IMG/VR virus record: IMGVR_UViG_3300028603_000022
Span: 32,001-96,000 of that record
Direction: 5' to 3' (one strand)
DNA from: a virus
Lineage: Duplodnaviria > Caudoviricetes
Length of the DNA stretch: 64,000 nt
Shown piece by piece: positions 37,200-47,300 of the stretch; positions within the stretch are counted from its first letter, which is position 1, and every line of letters begins with the position of its first letter. The notes beneath the pieces were generated by a model. That model searched no databases. It was given only the letters and a program-made list of their open reading frames with translations, and had not been told where the DNA came from. The position numbers were made by a program, and so were the translations under genes.

Positions 37200-38162
37200 A
37201 TGCGCAATAAAAATAAACCAGATTTTGTAAAACTTCTTAACTATAATCTTAGTTATAACCCTATATTTGAAAATTTATATAAAACCACGACTAAAATTCT
37301 GGATGAGCAGATAGGAGAGCCTATTGCTCAGTTATCTAGAATAAGAAGCTCACAGCATATTAAACGTGGTGATTACCTAGACGTAGAAACTAATAGAGGT
37401 ATTGAGCGTAGTAGAGTAGCTGACGTAAAAATAATTGAGGAAAATGGTTCTCATTACGCTAAAATTACTCTCGGGTTAGGTAATGGGACAGCCATACAAG
37501 TATATAAAGAAGTACTGCAAGATAGAAAAACTCTTATAAACCAAGCGGCTTTTGCAGGTGTTGACTATTATTCTGATTATATTTCAGACGTAGAATACGC
37601 TAGATTAGTAGACTACGCTGGCTGTTATTGGAAATATCAGAACTCTGGTGAAAGAGATTTCATAAATTTCATCGGGTTTATAAAAGGAATGCGACTATCT
37701 CTTGTTCAATTATGGACAAGAGACCGAGGAGACTACGCAAACGATCATAGCCCAGGATTTGACTTCTATGAATACCTTAAACCAGAAGAAGAAATTACTA
37801 ACCCTATGCGGTTGGAAAATGGGGCTACCATAGGTAGTGAGTATTTAACATCACATGTTGACATGACCTATGATGTTTTAGCCTCACCCAATGTACAATT
37901 TAACGATTTAATTAACCTATTTTATTATTTTGCACCAATTGAACTGGTATTAAACCGCATAATAAGCTCAATTGAGGTAAACATTGGAACTTATAGCGAT
38001 ATAGCTCCTCAAATAGACAGTAATTTATTAGCTAGATACGATTGGAAGACTCATTCTATAGTTAACTTAGGTTATACAGAACCGATACCTCAAATTGATT
38101 TGAATTTAAATGGCTATTTGTTTCTAAATAATGATTTAGAAGAAATTGACCCGTTCTACTAG
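37200..38162 (+). CDS. Baseplate wedge protein (gp7/I-like)
   Basis: Follows the gp6-like gene; ends at a TAG followed by an in-frame open extension. Confidence 0.65.
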   Translation: MRNKNKPDFVKLLNYNLSYNPIFENLYKTTTKILDEQIGEPIAQLSRIRSSQHIKRGDYLDVETNRGIERSRVADVKIIEENGSHYAKITLGLGNGTAIQVYKEVLQDRKTLINQAAFAGVDYYSDYISDVEYARLVDYAGCYWKYQNSGERDFINFIGFIKGMRLSLVQLWTRDRGDYANDHSPGFDFYEYLKPEEEITNPMRLENGATIGSEYLTSHVDMTYDVLASPNVQFNDLINLFYYFAPIELVLNRIISSIEVNIGTYSDIAPQIDSNLLARYDWKTHSIVNLGYTEPIPQIDLNLNGYLFLNNDLEEIDPFY

Positions 38163-38585
38163 GTATACACGCCAGATTATGCTATATATCCTAGAGTAGT
38201 TAACAGGTATGCGGTATTTTCAGCAGATACTGATTCAAAAATTAATACAATACAGTTTAAAAGCCAATTATATAAAGGTATTACTAGTTATATCGCTCTT
38301 CCGGGTAATCAATTTACGCAGTCTATAACTAACGCTGTTTCAAGCTATAGCGCGCATCCTTGGCTAGAGTTACAAAAATCTGTTAACTTTACCGCTGTAA
38401 GTAATTTTAATACTTCAGGTGACTTTATAACTCCGTCTTCTGTTAATTTTGAGGTTGTTAGCACTTATTCATCTAATTCTACTATAACAATAAGTAGATC
38501 TATTAGCTATGAAGGTGTAACCAGCCATTCAACCTCTTATGGTGTTGGATTTGATGATGAAGCCTTTGATGATGGATTCATGTAA
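38163..38585 (+). CDS. Start-less in-frame extension of 37200 (candidate amber readthrough domain, 140 aa)
   Basis: VYTPDYAIYPRVVNRYAVFS...GVGFDDEAFDDGFM then TAA; only in-frame ATG is the last sense codon, no GTG/TTG. Confidence 0.65.
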   Translation, partial: VYTPDYAIYPRVVNRYAVFSADTDSKINTIQFKSQLYKGITSYIALPGNQFTQSITNAVSSYSAHPWLELQKSVNFTAVSNFNTSGDFITPSSVNFEVVSTYSSNSTITISRSISYEGVTSHSTSYGVGFDDEAFDDGFM

Positions 38586-38609
38586 AAATTCGCACAAGGA
38601 ATAGGTACA

Positions 38610-39593
38610 ATGAGTGCAGAATTAGACAATCTAATCGCTACTAATCTTCCTGATAATGTAACTAGACAAATTAAACCAAATAAATTACGAGAAGTTTTTG
38701 AACAGGTATCTGGTGAATTGGATGCTAAAGTAGAAGGTTTTTCTGATTTAGCTGGAGCTTTAGGAAATAGCCAGTTATCTGGGACGTATTCTAATGCTTC
38801 GCTTGTAACTGATGGTAATAATGCTATTTATGGAGTTCCTACTGCTGGAGCTTTGGATACTGATACCGTTCATGTAATTAGTCCAGCTTCTTTTACATCT
38901 ACTATAGCAAACACAGTTGGTGCGATTGTATTGAATTTTCCAGATAACGGTATTATGTCTGGGTTTTTCATGCTAGAGGTGGATATATACACATATACAA
39001 CTAATCATGCTAGAGGGAAGCATTTAATATATGGGCATTTTAATACTACAGCTAATTTCGGTGTAGTTCAGAAGACAACTCTTGGTATTTCTGTACCTAT
39101 TCAATGCGCTGTTAATAATAATAGAAATGGTAGAGTGTGTATTGTATTAGGAAATGTTGGAACTTCTTGGAATCGACCAAAAATTAACATATCTTCTGCT
39201 ATAATACGGGCAACCGACCCAGCTTCATTTACTACTGGTTGGTATTCAGAAATAGTTACAAGTTTAGATGGTTTCTCTAGTCTAACAGGTGATTTACCAG
39301 AATTAATGCCTCTACCTATACAGAACGCTTTGGATGGTAAGGCTAATACTTCTCATACTCATACACTAGCTGATATATCTGATGCGGGTAGTTTAGCCGG
39401 TAAATCGACTATTAACAACGCTGACTGGTCAGGTACAGCTTTGGGTGTAGCTAATGGTGGAACAGCAGCGACTACTATCGCTGGAATACGCACCAATATA
39501 GGTGTAAAATCTATGGCGTTAAGAGACGTAACAATTTCCACAAGCGCACCTTCTGGTGGTGTTAATGGTGATGTTTGGTTGCAGGTAGATTAG
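38610..39593 (+). CDS. Tail fibre-like protein
   Basis: ALDGKANTSHTHTLADISD, VANGGT, APSGGVNGDVW fibre motifs. Confidence 0.75.
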   Translation: MSAELDNLIATNLPDNVTRQIKPNKLREVFEQVSGELDAKVEGFSDLAGALGNSQLSGTYSNASLVTDGNNAIYGVPTAGALDTDTVHVISPASFTSTIANTVGAIVLNFPDNGIMSGFFMLEVDIYTYTTNHARGKHLIYGHFNTTANFGVVQKTTLGISVPIQCAVNNNRNGRVCIVLGNVGTSWNRPKINISSAIIRATDPASFTTGWYSEIVTSLDGFSSLTGDLPELMPLPIQNALDGKANTSHTHTLADISDAGSLAGKSTINNADWSGTALGVANGGTAATTIAGIRTNIGVKSMALRDVTISTSAPSGGVNGDVWLQVD

Positions 39594-39597
39594 ATAA

Positions 39598-40635
39598 ATG
39601 CCTATACATACTAGAGATTCCGGTAGTTGGAAGCAAGTAAAAAGTCTATTTGTAAGGGATGGCGCAGTTTGGAAGCCAGTTAAAGAAGGGTTTGTCAGAG
39701 ATGCCGGGGTATGGAAATCTTTTTACACTTCCGAATTGGTAGTTGTAGCTCCAACTAACCCAAATCTAGCGGGTATAGGAATACTGTTTAACAATGTTCA
39801 AGCTGGTTCGTACTTTGCGGATATAGATAAACGCCTAATTGTAAATTCGTCAAGGGGTCCAATACAAATAGGGGCAGCTCCAGGCGGTAAATTAACCATT
39901 GAAATCACCAGCACTGGCATTGTTTCTGGTGTAGGAGGTGCTGGAGGTACCGCTGGATCACCTGTAGGTGGTAACGGTGGGCATGCTTTTAATATAACTG
40001 GTGGTTCTAATATTGTTTTCATAAATAATGGTGTAGTACGTGGTGGTGGTGGTGGCGGTGGTATGGGAGGACAGGGAGGTCAAGGATATGAAACACAGCT
40101 AATTAGGGAACCAGCTGTTGGTGAAATGTATGAAAACCCTGGTAGCTCACCACCATATGCTTGGTTTTATCATTCTCAAATAAATCAAACTACAGTTCAA
40201 TGGAATAACGTACAAGTATATAATACAGGGCATGATCAAAATCCATTATCCGTTGTAGGTAGTGATGGATGGACTTATCATAGAGGTTCTAATCAAACTT
40301 CTTACTATTGGGCGGTATACCGTACTAAGGATGAATCCGTTTTAGTTAACGGCGGTGTAGGAGGTAATGGCGGAAATGGAACAGGTTCGCAACAATCTAG
40401 CTCGATTGGATCAATAGGTATGCCTGGGCCTGGTACTTCTGGTTCTGGCGGACATGGCGGCCCAGGCGGTGGTTACGGTACAGCCGGTGTTCAAGGTGAC
40501 TCCGGAACAGCGGGTGAAGCTGGAGCGGGAAATCCCGGTTCAGCAGGAGGCGCAGCAGGTTCCTCCATACACGGTTACAATCGCGTTATATATAGTGGTA
40601 CTGGTACGCTAATAGGATCAACCACTAATTCTTAG
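39598..40635 (+). CDS. Glycine-rich fibre tip/adhesin-like protein
   Basis: N-terminal triple Trp repeat (GSWKQV/AVWKPV/GVWKSF) and poly-Gly blocks, as in T-even gp38-type adhesins. Confidence 0.7.
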   Translation: MPIHTRDSGSWKQVKSLFVRDGAVWKPVKEGFVRDAGVWKSFYTSELVVVAPTNPNLAGIGILFNNVQAGSYFADIDKRLIVNSSRGPIQIGAAPGGKLTIEITSTGIVSGVGGAGGTAGSPVGGNGGHAFNITGGSNIVFINNGVVRGGGGGGGMGGQGGQGYETQLIREPAVGEMYENPGSSPPYAWFYHSQINQTTVQWNNVQVYNTGHDQNPLSVVGSDGWTYHRGSNQTSYYWAVYRTKDESVLVNGGVGGNGGNGTGSQQSSSIGSIGMPGPGTSGSGGHGGPGGGYGTAGVQGDSGTAGEAGAGNPGSAGGAAGSSIHGYNRVIYSGTGTLIGSTTNS

Positions 40636-40651
40636 AAATAGGAGAAATTAA

Positions 40652-41035
40652 ATGTCAGGTTTTACAAACTACCTAGAAAATGCTGTAATGAACCATGTAT
40701 TTGGTGGTTCTCCATATACCGCACCCTCAAATGTTTACTTAGCCCTATTCACAGTTACTCCTTCTGATGCTGGAGGTGGTACGGAAGTTTCCAGCGGTGG
40801 TTATTCTAGAGAAGTAGTGTCTTTGGGTTCTGTTATAGACGGGGCTATTTCCAATTCTTCCATTATATCTTTTACAGCTACAGGTGGGGATTTCGGCACT
40901 ATTGTGGCTACAGGTTTATATGACGCTTCTACCTTTGGTAATCTTTTGACATGGGCTCCAATTACACCAGCTACAATTAATGACGGTGACACGCTTTCTT
41001 TCGCTATTGGTAGTGTCGCTGTATCCTTGGATTAA
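40652..41035 (+). CDS. Small tail/fibre-associated structural protein
   Basis: YLENAVMNH...YLALFT...EVSSGGYSR...GLYDASTFGNLL pattern common in phage tail regions. Confidence 0.75.
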   Translation: MSGFTNYLENAVMNHVFGGSPYTAPSNVYLALFTVTPSDAGGGTEVSSGGYSREVVSLGSVIDGAISNSSIISFTATGGDFGTIVATGLYDASTFGNLLTWAPITPATINDGDTLSFAIGSVAVSLD

Positions 41036-41046
41036 GGATAACTTTT

Positions 41047-42285
41047 ATGAAAACCTTTCTTCTCAATTCTGGTTTAGCGCTATTACAAGATCAAAGTAAT
41101 AACCTTATTGATAAGCTAGAATTGACTGGCTTTGAGATTGGTTCAGGTATAGGAGAAATAGTAGACAGGGATATAACAGATCCTGTAGACCAATTATTAC
41201 ATGTTGGTACTATAGATGATATGTTTATCACACCAATTCACACGGAAGAAGTTCTTATTTCCTGTGAAATAAACAAAAATGTATTAGAGTTCAGACCTGG
41301 CAATATACTATTAAGAGCTAATAATGGTATAGCATTTTTAATTTCTATATCAGAACACTCTATGTTTAAGTTTCAGACTTCTTTAACTACAGTCGGAACT
41401 AAACTAATATTCAACATAATTATAAATCTGCCTGGATTACTAGATAGGTTTGATTTCTCGAATCTATCTCAAAAGGTAGCAACTTTCAAAACTTTCGCTA
41501 CCGATTTAGATGTTACTCGGTGGGCTTGGGAAGAACCGATTAATCAAATATTCGTGGATAACGATACTAGAACAAACACACCAGCTTTTGTAATTAGCTC
41601 TGGTAGAAACTTCTGGAGTAACCCATTAATAAAAAACTATGAAGATTTTTATGAAACGTGGGGTACAAAGTATCCATGGTTAAACGCTTCACCGGATGGA
41701 TTATTACCTGTAAGACAGGCTTATTGGGCTGGAAGCCTATTCTGGACAGGATGGGATAGTCCGATTGTATCCGATTATAATGAGTATTTAACTAAAGTGA
41801 ATGGTTATGAAACCCCTAATAACCACATAGTTTACAATGTACAATGTCAATGCGGTACGATTGTTATTCAAGGTACTATAGCGGATACAAACACATTCAG
41901 TACCGAAATTTTATGGCAAATGGACGATGGAACAGAAAGTAATTGCATAAAAATCATTCGTGATCCAGATGACGGTTTTATAAAATATTTAATAACGCTA
42001 GAAGACGTAATTGTAGAAGAAATTATTTTAGGTTTTGTCCCATTGTCAGCGATGTTTAAATTAGCCGTATCATGGTTTGAAGGTGTTATAAGAGGAAGTC
42101 TAAACGGTGGCTCTGTAACTGAGTTACTTGGCGCTCCTTTTACTGTCTTTACTTTTGAAAGGGAAGGCTCTGATTCTAACGACGCTAATGAATGGTTAGG
42201 CAGTACAATGTCGTTTGGTAGGTTTTCAGAAGAATTACACCCTAATATTCTTCGTCGAATGAGCTTAATAGGTGAAAATAATTAG
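41047..42285 (+). CDS. Fibre attachment protein, N-half paralogous to 42339
   Basis: Shares FEIG/FQIG, GNIL and NDTRT motifs with the next gene. Confidence 0.65.
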   Translation: MKTFLLNSGLALLQDQSNNLIDKLELTGFEIGSGIGEIVDRDITDPVDQLLHVGTIDDMFITPIHTEEVLISCEINKNVLEFRPGNILLRANNGIAFLISISEHSMFKFQTSLTTVGTKLIFNIIINLPGLLDRFDFSNLSQKVATFKTFATDLDVTRWAWEEPINQIFVDNDTRTNTPAFVISSGRNFWSNPLIKNYEDFYETWGTKYPWLNASPDGLLPVRQAYWAGSLFWTGWDSPIVSDYNEYLTKVNGYETPNNHIVYNVQCQCGTIVIQGTIADTNTFSTEILWQMDDGTESNCIKIIRDPDDGFIKYLITLEDVIVEEIILGFVPLSAMFKLAVSWFEGVIRGSLNGGSVTELLGAPFTVFTFEREGSDSNDANEWLGSTMSFGRFSEELHPNILRRMSLIGENN

Positions 42286-42338
42286 TGAAACCGAGGTACT
42301 TCTTTGTTAATTCTGTTATAACAGAATGAGATACGGAT

Positions 42339-43163
42339 ATGTCAGATATTAAAGCTAAATTTTTGAATAAAGGTAAAAGACTAATTACTGGAGCCTTGAC
42401 TGGTTTTAGTGTTATGTCTATTCACAGCTTTCAAATAGGTACAGAATTTGGATTCGATCCTTCCGAAGAAGATGAAGTAGCAAGAGGCGATATTGTTTTT
42501 ACAGGATACGCTGGACTTACACAAAGTAAAGCTCTTGCAGATGATACAGTAAGGCACACTATTCTTCTTCCAGAGAATATTGGTCCTTTCACTATTGGAA
42601 ATATCCTAGTTAATGGTACGCATCTTGACGGTACTGTTATTCCTTTCTTATCTATTAGCATGCCTTTTGCTGTTCAAAAGATTAGAAGTGATCCTAATCT
42701 GAATGAGCCTTTGTCTTCCCCTGTTCCCGGAAGCAGGTTTGTTATTCATGTAGACATTAAGCACTCTATTTTTGGTCCTGTTCCTAGCGTTACAGTAGTA
42801 ACTGCTGAATATGCTAATTTAGCGTTCTTTGATTCAGAAAGTTCTGTACCTACTCCTTCATTAAATCCTTATTCTCAATTTGTAGTTAACAATGATACCC
42901 GTACTAAAGCCCCAGCTATGGTTTCTAAGCGTAGTGATGGAACATATTGGGGTATTTCAATGTTTCAGAACTACCGTGATCCTAAATTCGGCATCCTAGA
43001 TGGCGGGGTTTTAGGTGATAAGTATACGCCTTCTCAATATGGCTTTATATCCGGGTATTTCTATAATACCCCTGAAACAGAATATTCTTCTACCGTAGGT
43101 GGCGCCGATTATATAGACGGTGTTAGTAATACAGGCGAAATAATTGGTGGGATCACCTACTAA
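42339..43163 (+). CDS. Baseplate/fibre attachment protein
   Basis: LPENIGPFTIGNI resembles the P2 gpH-type N-terminal pattern; TAATTC upstream. Confidence 0.65.
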   Translation: MSDIKAKFLNKGKRLITGALTGFSVMSIHSFQIGTEFGFDPSEEDEVARGDIVFTGYAGLTQSKALADDTVRHTILLPENIGPFTIGNILVNGTHLDGTVIPFLSISMPFAVQKIRSDPNLNEPLSSPVPGSRFVIHVDIKHSIFGPVPSVTVVTAEYANLAFFDSESSVPTPSLNPYSQFVVNNDTRTKAPAMVSKRSDGTYWGISMFQNYRDPKFGILDGGVLGDKYTPSQYGFISGYFYNTPETEYSSTVGGADYIDGVSNTGEIIGGITY

Positions 43164-43176
43164 TGGAGTTTTTTAG

Positions 43177-44361
43177 ATGATACGGGTTCAAGCAAGGCGT
43201 GCTGGTTATGTTGACGAGAATGAACTCGTTTACATTGGTGAAATTTTTTATGATGACGCTGAAAAGCGTTTTGGCGTTTTTACAAATGAAAATTCAACTA
43301 CAATAAGATGGTTGCCTCGTTGGGTAAACGAGAATCTTGCGCTTAATATAAATCAAAAACTGACTGGTATCGTAGAGACAGGCGATATTAACAATATTGT
43401 CCTTGATTTTACTAATCAAGATTCAGTTAAGTTTGTTAATGCGTTAACAGGTGAGATCTACATGAATTTAACCCCTAACGGGGCTGTTTTTCTTAGATCT
43501 AATGATAATATATCAGAAATAGCTGGTTCTTCTAACATCGCTATTAACGGTAATCTTCTTATTCCTCGTACAGTAGGAGCTGAATCTACTTTTACCACGT
43601 CTATAGACGGTAATAGTTTTATGTTCGCTCCTAACTGGTATGTTTATTCCTATCCGTCTAGCTCTGGTATGCTAATGGTGTCTTATGAAGACACAGAGTT
43701 AGCTACACCCGATACTATATTACATAGAGCTTTGAGAGTATCTTCTTCTGGTAACGTATCTAACAATGGGTTAAGGTCATTCTTTTTCGATTATCCTTTT
43801 GTAGAAAATCGTTATGTAACTATTACTTTCCGAGTTAAGGGACCAGAAGGCGTTACGGCAACTTCTAGAGTTCTATCCGAAACAGATTCACTTCTAGCAA
43901 GTGCTGAAATAACAGGTACTGGAGAGTATCAAGTAGTTTCTTATCCGTGTTACCTACCACCGTCGTCTTCTAAATGGTGGGCGGTCGATACCCTATTTGA
44001 GCCAGGTAAAGATTCATCTTTTTCGTCAGAATGGCTTGTAGGTGGGCTACAGGTTAACATTGGTACAGTTCCAGCTATATTGGAAAGGCGTACAACCGCT
44101 ATTGAACAGAATCTTGTGGATACGTTATACCAAGAAGGGCGCCTTCTTATAGGTAGCGATACCGTAAAATATCCTGTTTCTACACCTTCTTTAATTCAAC
44201 CTCCAGATAGGGTTTTAATAGTTAACCCCGAAGATGGAAATTCAGTAGTTTCAGATGTGGATTCCACAGGGTTCAACATCGCTATTCATACAACTAGTAG
44301 TTCAAATTTTATTGTTAAATATGCAGCTTTTCTAGCTCCGCTACCTACACCAGATTTCTAA
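43177..44361 (+). CDS. Tail fibre-associated protein with carbohydrate-binding-like domain
   Basis: GEIFYD N-terminal motif; GLQVNIGTVPAILERR motif. Confidence 0.65.
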   Translation: MIRVQARRAGYVDENELVYIGEIFYDDAEKRFGVFTNENSTTIRWLPRWVNENLALNINQKLTGIVETGDINNIVLDFTNQDSVKFVNALTGEIYMNLTPNGAVFLRSNDNISEIAGSSNIAINGNLLIPRTVGAESTFTTSIDGNSFMFAPNWYVYSYPSSSGMLMVSYEDTELATPDTILHRALRVSSSGNVSNNGLRSFFFDYPFVENRYVTITFRVKGPEGVTATSRVLSETDSLLASAEITGTGEYQVVSYPCYLPPSSSKWWAVDTLFEPGKDSSFSSEWLVGGLQVNIGTVPAILERRTTAIEQNLVDTLYQEGRLLIGSDTVKYPVSTPSLIQPPDRVLIVNPEDGNSVVSDVDSTGFNIAIHTTSSSNFIVKYAAFLAPLPTPDF

Positions 44362-44382
44362 TACTGAAAAGAGATTAAAAAC

Positions 44383-47300
44383 ATGTCCTCATTACTCGCT
44401 GGATATAAATTTCATGTTTTGGCTAGGTATGGTTTAGCTAGTCAGGTTCCTGCTGCTAAAGTAGCAGAAATGCTTTGGGATATGGACACGAAAACCTTTC
44501 GTGTTGGTGACGATACACCAAATCCTCCTCGAATTATGTCTGAAAAGTCTACTGGCATATTCAATTACTCTGATATTGAGTACGCCATGTTTTCTAACCT
44601 TCTTCTTAAAGAAGGCGGAACAATAGATGGTATCAAACCGGCTGATCTTAACAAGAATCGGGGTTTTGTCCATAGAGACAACCCCGGCGAATTTAATAAC
44701 GTAGATTTAGGGTCTAATACTAACAGCATTTATGTTAGCCCGGTAATGCCTAACCCGGAGTTGCCGGGTACTTACAGGGTATCTCTTGATCTGCATCCTG
44801 ATCTTCTTAACCTAATTTCTGATGGATTTGACCTTCGTAATATTCCTTTTGTAGAGAATCTTCCTGCCTCTCTGGAAGCCCCTTTATACAGGTATCAAGA
44901 TACTATTTATTGCTGGAACAACCTAGAACAAAAATATGAAGCTATAGGTGTTCCAGTTATTAGAGATTACGCTAGACTTCCTAATATTCCTGGCCCGTAT
45001 GTCTATATAGATGCTACCAATATAGACGATTTCCGGGTTATGGCTTGGTCTGGTACTCAATATGTATACATTGGTAGTGAAGCCAATGTTATTACCGGAC
45101 CAGAACCTGATGATCCTCTGCCAGGTATGTATTGGTATTACAACAATGTTCTAAAAATCTTTATTAATGGAACATGGATTACTATTGCCTTTGATTCTGA
45201 AACCAGTGAGTTGAACCTTGCAAAAAGAGGACTTCTTCTTCATTGGAGATATGATGATGAGGGTTATGCTTGGGAATTTTGGGTAGACAACCGCAATTTC
45301 AATATGCGGCAGCTAGGTACTACACAAGCTGTTACTACCACTGCTTTCGATGATACGATTGTTGTAGAAAATGCCTATGCGTTCACTCCCGGTAAGTCCT
45401 ACGTTATTTTCGATGAAACTGGATCTAGAGCGGTAATTACCGTTTTTAGTGTTGTTTCTGATACTACAATTCGAGCAGTAGATACTCTCAATATTACTCT
45501 AAATTCAGAAGCTGGTGCCCGTATCGGTTCTTCTTCTTTCTCTATCAATGATAACGGTACTGCTACTGTATTTGGAGATCAAGAATACTTTTCCAGACCT
45601 ATTCGTACTCTACACGCCTGGCCGGGCGGTTCTTTTATTATTCAGAGAAGCAGTATTGATAGCTCAGGTCTCTATACAGTTAGATATAGAGAAGAAGGTA
45701 CAGATATTTGGCAAGAAGCTGAACTTCTACGTACATACGGTGTAGAATTTACGCAATACACAGAAGAAGAATACCGTATACCAATAGGTAACGCTTCAAT
45801 AGAATTTTGGGTATCGTATAAGGGCAATCCTTCTCATAGTGAGATTGTAAACCATTTTGCTCTCATAACTCAATATCAGAATTTCGATTCTGATCGTATT
45901 GAGAAACCTACAAATATAACTCCTGCTCATCAGGCTACTAATATCTCCGTTACTCCTACATTGGAAGGTTCCACCTATAGATCGCTTTATGGGTTATCTC
46001 AAATAGGTGCGCATTTCCAGATTAGTAGAGATAGCTCTTTCTATGACTTAGTGTTAAATACATCAAGCGATACGCTAGTTTCATGGGTAGGTGTAACTGG
46101 TTACACTGGTGTATATAATGATGTAGCTATAATTGAAGGCAGAGAAGCTATTGCTGTAGGTAATGCCGGCGTTTGTATATATACTGATGATGGAGGTAAA
46201 ACGTGGGACGATATTAAGGGATCAAATAATAACGCTCTCAATGGTGTAGCATGGAATAACTCTGATACCATCATAGCCGTAGGCGCATCCGGTACTGTTA
46301 TTTATACCAATGATTACGGTAATACTTGGGTTTCTGCGGCTAGTGTTGATGGATTTTCTGGAGCTATAAATTCTGTAGCTGCTCACGATTCCAATGCAGT
46401 TGCTGTAGGAGCCAATGGTAAAATTCTAGCTTCTATTAACAAAGGAGCTATCTGGTCATCTTCTACTCAGGCTGGAGGATTCTCCGGCATGTTCTTCGAT
46501 GTTGCGATGACTACTACGGGTCGTTGTATAGTTGTAGGGGCTGCTGGTACTATTCAAACTTCCGCTAATTATGGTATTGATTGGGTTCCTCGTACTCCGG
46601 CAGCCGCCTTTAGTGGGCAATTTAGGGCTGTTACTCTTACAGAAGATGGGTTTGCTATAGCTGTAGGCGCGAACGGAACTATCCAGACTTCTTCTGATTA
46701 TGGGTCAACTTGGCAGAGCAGAACCGCGGCTAATGGTTACGGTGGTACTTTCCAAAGCGTTCATATGGTCGGTATGAAGGCTGTAGTCGTAGGCGATACT
46801 GGTGAAATTCAGACTTCTTATAACCGCGGACAAACATGGGTAAAACGCCCCGCAGGTTCTGGTAATACCAATGCTTTCAATGGTATTGCTATGAATGATG
46901 AACCTTACGCTATTCTTGTAGGCGCTGCCAATACTATTCAGCATACCTATGTTCTTGAAGGTCAGGGAACAACCTTTACCGTACCTTCCGGTGCGGACCT
47001 TCTAGCAATCAATAATTTGTATTGGTGGCGTTGTAGATATCAGGATTCCGTAGGTAAATGGTCATCATGGTCAGATGGAACAGCTTTTGCTACACAATCT
47101 AGCTTCAGTTTCGTGGGACAACCTACAAACATTGCTCCCGCTTCGGACGCTACGAGTGTTTCTAATACCCCATCATTACAATCTAGTAACTTCACCTATG
47201 GTGGTTCTATACCAGATACTCATGGTTCTTCCAGATGGCAAATAGCAACTTCTGCGGATTTTGTAGCTCCTATCTATGATTCTGGTGATACTAGTGATCT

